Shown here: positions 48,726-55,277 of the stretch, piece after piece | Numbering within the stretch: the stretch's first letter is position 1 | Layout: the number at the start of each line of letters is the position of its first letter | NCBI RefSeq assembly: GCF_001194135.2 | Contig: NC_068984.1 | Span: forward strand, 114,994,479-115,049,755 | Direction: 5' to 3' | Origin: Octopus bimaculoides | Lineage: Eukaryota | DNA: 55,277 nt | Notes under the pieces: model-generated | Database searches by the model: none | Seen by the model: the letters and a program-made list of their open reading frames with translations, nothing else | What the model was told of the DNA's origin: nothing | Position numbers and translations under genes: made by a program

Positions 48726-49721
48726 NNNNNNNNNNNNNNNNNNNNNNNNNNNNNNNNNNNNNNNNNNNNNNNNNNNNNNNNNNNNNNNNNNNNNNNNNNN
48801 NNNNNNNNNNNNNNNNNNNNNNNNNNNNNNNNNNNNNNNNNNNNNNNNNNNNNNNNNNNNNNNNNNNNNNNNNNNNNNNNNNNNNNNNNNNNNNNNNNNN
48901 NNNNNNNNNNNNNNNNNNNNNNNNNNNNNNNNNNNNNNNNNNNNNNNNNNNNNNNNNNNNNNNNNNNNNNNNNNNNNNNNNNNNNNNNNNNNNNNNNNNN
49001 NNNNNNNNNNNNNNNNNNNNNNNNNNNNNNNNNNNNNNNNNNNNNNNNNNNNNNNNNNNNNNNNNNNNNNNNNNNNNNNNNNNNNNNNNNNNNNNNNNNN
49101 NNNNNNNNNNNNNNNNNNNNNNNNNNNNNNNNNNNNNNNNNNNNNNNNNNNNNNNNNNNNNNNNNNNNNNNNNNNNNNNNNNNNNNNNNNNNNNNNNNNN
49201 NNNNNNNNNNNNNNNNNNNNNNNNNNNNNNNNNNNNNNNNNNNNNNNNNNNNNNNNNNNNNNNNNNNNNNNNNNNNNNNNNNNNNNNNNNNNNNNNNNNN
49301 NNNNNNNNNNNNNNNNNNNNNNNNNNNNNNNNNNNNNNNNNNNNNNNNNNNNNNNNNNNNNNNNNNNNNNNNNNNNNNNNNNNNNNNNNNNNNNNNNNNN
49401 NNNNNNNNNNNNNNNNNNNNNNNNNNNNNNNNNNNNNNNNNNNNNNNNNNNNNNNNNNNNNNNNNNNNNNNNNNNNNNNNNNNNNNNNNNNNNNNNNNNN
49501 NNNNNNNNNNNNNNNNNNNNNNNNNNNNCATATATATATATATATATATATATATACTCCCAAATTTAATTAATTGCAGTTTCGTAAACCAATTAGCAAC
49601 AAAAACCTACAATATTAAGGGAAAGTAATTCAAAATGAGGAATATCTCAGATAAAATACTGTATAGATACCTCTTTTTTTTTGTTTTTAGTTCTGTTTTT
49701 GTATTGTTTTGTTTCTTTTAG

Positions 49722-49751
49722 ACAAGCCAAATTTATGAAGAAAAAACCAAG
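49722..49751 (+). CDS. FYCO1: Candidate FYCO1 30-nt microexon with a GC donor (TSQIYEEKTK)
   Basis: Long T-rich tract, then TTTTAG|ACA...AAG|GCAAGT. Phase 0-0, no stop, composition compatible with coiled coil. No homology support. Confidence 0.5.
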
Positions 49752-51565
49752 GCAAGTTTTTTTTCAATGTGTTTGTTTTGCTTTTTTTTTTTAGCATTCT
49801 GTTCTTTTGTGTTTTGTGACATTGCTTGCTTGTGCCACTAAATATTAGTTATTGAGCATCACGACTCTTTCTTACAGAAGAATTTTTCCGAACTAACATT
49901 TAATCAGCTTGTTTCTTTCTAGTGTTAATATAGCACAGACTTGTATGTTTTTTAAAAATTACTTTGATTGCTAATTTAACCATCCTCTTCAATGTGAATG
50001 AAGCAACTTTAGAAATTTTGGAAAAAGAAGGAAAATGTTTAACATTTACATCTACTCTGTGTTTTGATTCTTTTTAATCTCTGACCATAATTAGATGTGT
50101 TATTCCTTAATACATACATAATTGCAGACTGATTTCAAGCTAGAAACCTTTATTTTTAAAACTTATAACATTTTTGTATTTGATCTGTTAGATTCTTGAT
50201 GTGAATTTGTGTGTTGAGACAGATTTTGTTGTATTTTGGGAGGATCATTACACCAATAATAAACACATGCACTGGTTCAGTTTCACTTCTTTATTATTCA
50301 TCAATTGGTTAGCTATTTAACCAAATAACTAATCAACTATTTGCTTGATCATTCGGTTAATCAGTCAAGCAGTTGTGTTTGCCAAAGTTCTTTTGAAGCT
50401 GATCTGGTGAAGAGAGGGCATATCATTGAAGTGGTCAAGAATGGCAATGAAAGGACTTTAATGAACACAAATGACTGATATAATAACATTCTTATTTATT
50501 TAGCTGCTTATATATGAAAATGATTGAACATCATATTAATGTAAATGTAAACAAATTTTCAATCCATTTCTAAAGATGTGGTTAATACAATTAATAAATG
50601 AAGTAAATTGAAAGGTCATTTTAACAAGCATGCTAACTTCATTTTGGGGTCACTGACCTCATTGACATCTATAAGAGGATATTGATATCATTTACAATGG
50701 GCACATTAGGTATTTTATATATGATAGTTAGTTAATCAATGCAATTAATTTCATCATAGTGCTGGTGTATTAATACCAGCATAGTGCTAATATTTTGATT
50801 TCAAATTTTGGCATAGGGCCAGAAATTTTGGGGGAGGAGTGACCCCAGTACTCAGTTGATACTTATTTTATCAATCTCAAAAGGATGAAAGGTTTAAGTC
50901 AATCTTGGCAGAACATGAAGACTGATGAAATGCTGCTAAGCATTTCACCTGCTGTACTAATGATTCTGCCTACTTGCCACCTTACATAGTGCTAATACAT
51001 TAATACCAGTATTATAGTGTATTGGATCCTACCTGATTGAATGAAATGCAAAATTTAACTGTGTCAAGATTTGAACTTGGAAAAAGTTTCAGAAACCAAG
51101 GTAGAGAATTAATGTGACCTTGAGCAAAACGCTTCATTTCACATTGCTCCAGTACACTCAGCTGTGCATGGGTGACCCTGAAACAGACTGGCGTACATGT
51201 GCACACACACAATTTGTTTTTTTAATGGTTGAACTTGAAGTAGGTAAAACTATAAATAGTAGTGTGTAAATAAAAAACACTTTGGACAGAAAAAGTTGAA
51301 GGCTGCTCACCCAGTGTGCACATACTCTTATTTATAGCTTTATCTGCTTAAAGTTGAACCATTAAAAATGCATTATTTCATGTTCTCTTGAGGTTTCTAA
51401 ATTCTTATGATGTAAACAATATAGATGTATAAGATGTATGTATGTGTGTATGTATGTATGTATGTATGTATGTATATTACTGTTTGTTTTTATGTTCAGT
51501 TATAATAAAAGCTATTTTACATTAATCTGAAGGGTTACTCTGTACTTTTGTAGAGTACAAATTTA

Positions 51566-51831
51566 TTGAAGTAGTTGTATGCTGTCAACTTAATGTGACA
51601 GTCCCATGAAGTCATGCTACTCCAGACTGATGATGAGCAAAGACTCAGAAACATGTCTCTGGATGCAGGCTTAGCTGGGTGGAGGTGCTTGTCTCCTCCT
51701 TGTAAACATAAGGACACAGGAAATGTGTCAAGGCCAACAGGAAGCAGTGCAGCTTCCTAGGTCTAAACAACAGTAGTATTATTCCCTTCATGGGACTGTC
51801 ACATTAAGTTGACAGCATACAACTACTTCAA
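51566..51831. other. 266-bp hammerhead-bearing element bounded by a perfect 46-bp inverted repeat
   Basis: 51566-51611 TTGAAGTAGTTGTATGCTGTCAACTTAATGTGACAGTCCCATGAAG is the exact reverse complement of 51786-51831. The spacer holds a hammerhead and several hairpins. No TSD seen. Confidence 0.9.
51621..51663 (+). ncRNA. Minimal type I hammerhead ribozyme
   Basis: Stem I TCCAGA/TCTGGA; core CTGATGA (51627-51633); stem II TGAG/CTCA with loop CAAAGA; GAAA; palindromic stem III ACATGT; cleavage triplet GUC (C51657). All invariant core nucleotides are present. Confidence 0.85.
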
Positions 51832-51943
51832 CGTATCACTACTGTATAAATCTCTCTGAGAGATTTAGAAATGTACTATTTCTAATACAAATTTATTATT
51901 CTTATATTCTTATACAAGGATATTGTTGACAGTGACTTTGAAA

Positions 51944-51995
51944 TTTCGGCCAGCTAACCCATAGTCTGATGATAGCTTAGCTGGCTGAAACTGAT
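51944..51995 (+). other. Degenerate hammerhead-like motif inside a 14-bp hairpin
   Basis: CTGATGA (51966) T AGC...GCT GAAAC (51987-51991), but with no convincing stem I or III. TTTCGGCCAGCTAA / TTAGCTGGCTGAAA pair with one G.U. Confidence 0.4.
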
Positions 51996-52318
51996 AATTA
52001 TTCATTAGGTGCATGCAAAACAGTGAAAATATAAACAATAACATATCTGTCCATTCTAAATATGTTCTGGCAGATTTGAATGTGACTATACTGATTTTTA
52101 GTGTATTTTGTTATCAGAGAATGTATCTTTCCTTTAGAAGATGTGTCTTCATAACACACTCAGTTCATTAGGATGAGGGAACTTTAAAATACTGTAGTGT
52201 TTCAACTTCATGTTTGAATCTGCTAGAATGTATTAAGAATGAATGAATACTTTGTTGTTTAAATTTTTGCTGTTTTGAATACAGCCTACGAATTATCATA
52301 AGACATCAATACTTTATC

Positions 52319-53360
52319 TCATCATCATCATCATCATCATCGAAGGTCTTGCCTCACCACCTCAGCCCAGGTCTTCCTGGGCCTACCTCTTCCACGGGTT
52401 CCCTCAACTGTTAGGGTGTGGCACTTTTTCACGCAGCTATCCTCATCCATTCTCACCACATGTCCATACCAGCACAATCGTCTCTCTTGCACACCACAAC
52501 TGATGCTTCTAATGTTCAGCTTTTCTCTCAAGATACTTACACTTTGACGGGTATTCACATTGACATTACACATCCAACGGAGCATACTGGCTTCATTCCT
52601 TGCGAGCTTACGTATGTCCTCAGCAGTTACAGCCCNNNNNNNNNNNNNNNNNNNNNNNNNNNNNNNNNNNNNNNNNNNNNNNNNNNNNNNNNNNNNNNNN
52701 NNNNNNNNNNNNNNNNNNNNNNNNNNNNNNNNNNNNNNNNNNNNNNNNNNNNNNNNNNNNNNNNNNNNNNNNNNNNNNNNNNNNNNNNNNNNNNNNNNNN
52801 NNNNNNNNNNNNNNNNNNNNNNNNNNNNNNNNNNNNNNNNNNNNNNNNNNNNNNNNNNNNNNNNNNNNNNNNNNNNNNNNNNNNNNNNNNNNNNNNNNNN
52901 NNNNNNNNNNNNNNNNNNNNNNNNNNNNNNNNNNNNNNNNNNNNNNNNNNNNNNNNNNNNNNNNNNNNNNNNNNNNNNNNNNNNNNNNNNNNNNNNNNNN
53001 NNNATGTGTCCATAGCTTGCACCGGGTACATCTTATAGAGTTACTACCTACTCCTTTTCTACATACTGAGCAGGGCCATCTACCTGAAGGGGTTTGTGTT
53101 TTATCTACCTTCCTACTTATTAGGATTTTGGTTTTAGCTGGGTTGACTCTAAGGCCCTTCAATTCTAGACCTTGCTTCCACACCTGAAACTTCTCCTCTA
53201 GTTCTGATAGTGACTCCGCAATTAGGGCAAGGTCATCAGCATAGAGGAGCTCCCAGGGGCAACCTGTCTTGAACTCCTCTGTGATTGCCTGGAGGACTAT
53301 GATAAATAAGAGGGGGCTGAGGACGGAACCTTGGTGGACCCCTACCTCTACCCGGAATTC
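52319..53360 (-). mobile_element. RTE-clade LINE RT fragment, 5'-truncated, lacking its 3' UTR
   Basis: EFRVEVGVHQGSVLSPLLF...LLYADDL...LRVNPAKTK...WPCSVCRKGVGSNSIRCTRCKLWTH, an N gap, then LRWMCN...RRLCWYGHVVRM...GRGRPRKTWAEVVRQDLR directly followed by (TGA)n. Confidence 0.92.
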
Positions 53361-53660
53361 ATGTAAATCAACACAGATTCTACAGTTTGGTTGTCTTCTT
53401 AAATTAATCATCCAAGAAGGTAGAGAAGCTAATTCCTGTTTAGAATTATAAAAGCCTCGCATCATTTGTTTGTCACCCACTTTTGTCTCCTCCTTTACCT
53501 AAAATTTCCCGATATTACCTCACTCTTTCTTGCAATGTTTATAATGTTTTGATAGTAGCTAGTGAATCTTTTCCCTTTTTCTGTCTTTCATAATATTTTA
53601 TAATAATTTAAAACCATCAAAGGTAAGTTAATTCTCAATAATAGCTGCTACCCTGCATAT

Positions 53661-53887
53661 TCAACCCTTTAGCATTCAGACTACTCTGTCAACTGTAATA
53701 TTTATTTATTCAAATTGTTTTGAAATAATCATGCATTATTTTATAGCTTTGAGATTTTGATGATGTCATTGTTTATTTGTACAATGACATTGTAGAATGG
53801 GAGTGAGAGGCCAGATTTGGTCAGTTTCATCATAAAACAGGTACAATATTTGGGCCAGATGTGATTGTTTAAATGCTAAAGGGTTAA
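53661..53887. mobile_element. piggyBac-type (TTAA) MITE
   Basis: TCAA-CCCTTTAGCATT ... AATGCTAAAGGG-TTAA. Confidence 0.72.
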
Positions 53888-54435
53888 TAAACCTGTTTTA
53901 ATTATGAGCAATGAAAATATTAGATTGTCTATTTATCTAATATTTAGATTGTGTAAGTGATATTAATTAGACGTAATTTAGGTAATCATATTTAGATAGT
54001 TTACATAATGTAGTTATTAAATGTATGATCTGTCATTACTAGCATGTATTTTATCTATCCCTCTCTTTAACAAAGTGCCTTGTGCAAGATGTCAGAATTA
54101 TTTTCTCCCTTGCAGGCTATTATCTAATTCCACTTTGATAATTTTTTTTTATATTTGATCTATGGTAATGCAGACTACTACTAGTTTCCTTGGATTCTAC
54201 TGTTTTCTTTTCACACTTATGTTACCATATTTCTGTTGAAATATACTACCTTTATTTCAATTAAGTTTTAAAATAATGAAGAATTTAGTAAAATAACTTT
54301 TCCATTATTAATCCTTTTGTTACAATATCTCTTCTGAAATGCACTACCTTTGTTTCAATTAAGTATTTTCAAAATAATGAAGAATTTACTAAAATAACTT
54401 TTGTCATTATTAAGCTAATATTTGGAACAAATTAT

Positions 54436-55085
54436 ATCATCATCATCATCATCATCGTTTAATGTCCGCTTTCCATGCTAGCATGGGTTGGACGATTTGA
54501 CTGAGGACTGGTGAAACAAGATGGCTGCACCAGGCTCCAATCTGATCTGGCAGAGTTTCTACAGCTGATGCCCTTCCTAATGCTGACTACTCCAAGAGTG
54601 TTGTGGGTGCTTTTACATGCCACCGGCACAAAGGCCAGTCACGCGGTACTGGCAACGGCCACGCTCAAATAATGTTTTTATGTGTCACCTGCACAGGAGC
54701 CATTCCAGCGGCACTGGCAACACCCTCGCTTGAATGTTGTTTTCCACGTACCACTGGCACAAGTGCCAGTAAGGCGATACTGGTAACAATCATGCTTGAA
54801 TGGTGCTTTTTACATGCCACCAGCACGGGGGCCAGTCAGCGGCCCTGGCAATGATCATGCTTGGATGGTGCTCTTAGCACTCCACTATCACGGATGCCAG
54901 TCATGCGGTGCTGTGATCGAATTTGATTTCAATTTCACTTGCCTCAACAGGTCTTCACAAGCTGAGTTTAGTTTCCAATGAAAGAAAGGTACGCTGGGCT
55001 GGTTACACCACTGGCATAGGCCACAGGTTATGGTCTCACTTGGTTTGCCGGGTCTTCTCAAAGCACAGCATATTTTCAAAGGTCT
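54436..55085 (-). mobile_element. RTE 3' UTR copy with an (ATC)n tail
   Basis: Reverse complement of the 32702-33410 family, including the ORF end (GAGAAGACCCGGCAAACCAAGTGA on the minus strand). Confidence 0.85.
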
Positions 55086-55239
55086 CATCCATTCATCTGT
55101 TTTTCATGCTAGCATGGTTTAGATGGTTTGACATGAGCTAGCAAACCAGAGAGCTGCACCAGGCTCAAATTGTCTGTTTTGGCATGCTTTCTATGGCTGG
55201 ATGCTTTTCCTAATGCCAAAACATATATACGTATTATGT

Positions 55240-55277
<38 letters not shown>

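Overview
AT-rich eukaryotic genomic DNA with many assembly gaps (N runs) and microsatellites. The repeat families point to a coleoid cephalopod, most likely Octopus (inference). The only host gene I can support is the 5' part of a FYCO1 orthologue on the + strand. It has 11 GT-AG coding exons from 17832 to 45171 that join in frame into 919 codons: an N-terminal RUN domain (exons 1-6) followed by a long acidic coiled coil (exons 7-11). A probable 30-nt GC-donor microexon lies at 49722-49751. The FYVE, LIR and GOLD region is not visible and presumably lies beyond the window. The rest is transposon-derived: R4/Dong-like, RTE, CR1-like and Penelope retroelements; a small Gypsy-type LTR element with a tRNA-Trp primer site; three tRNA-SINE families, including a 7-copy head-to-tail array; hAT and piggyBac-type MITEs; and pogo and Helitron relics. 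The most striking unexplained feature is a canonical minimal type I hammerhead ribozyme (51621-51663), sense to FYCO1, enclosed by a perfect 46-bp inverted repeat around a hairpin-rich spacer. A second intact-core hammerhead lies at 11883-11940, and there are several relic motifs. Most long ORFs in the supplied track are artefacts of N gaps or microsatellites. All alignments, structures and family names were read by eye or recalled, not computed.
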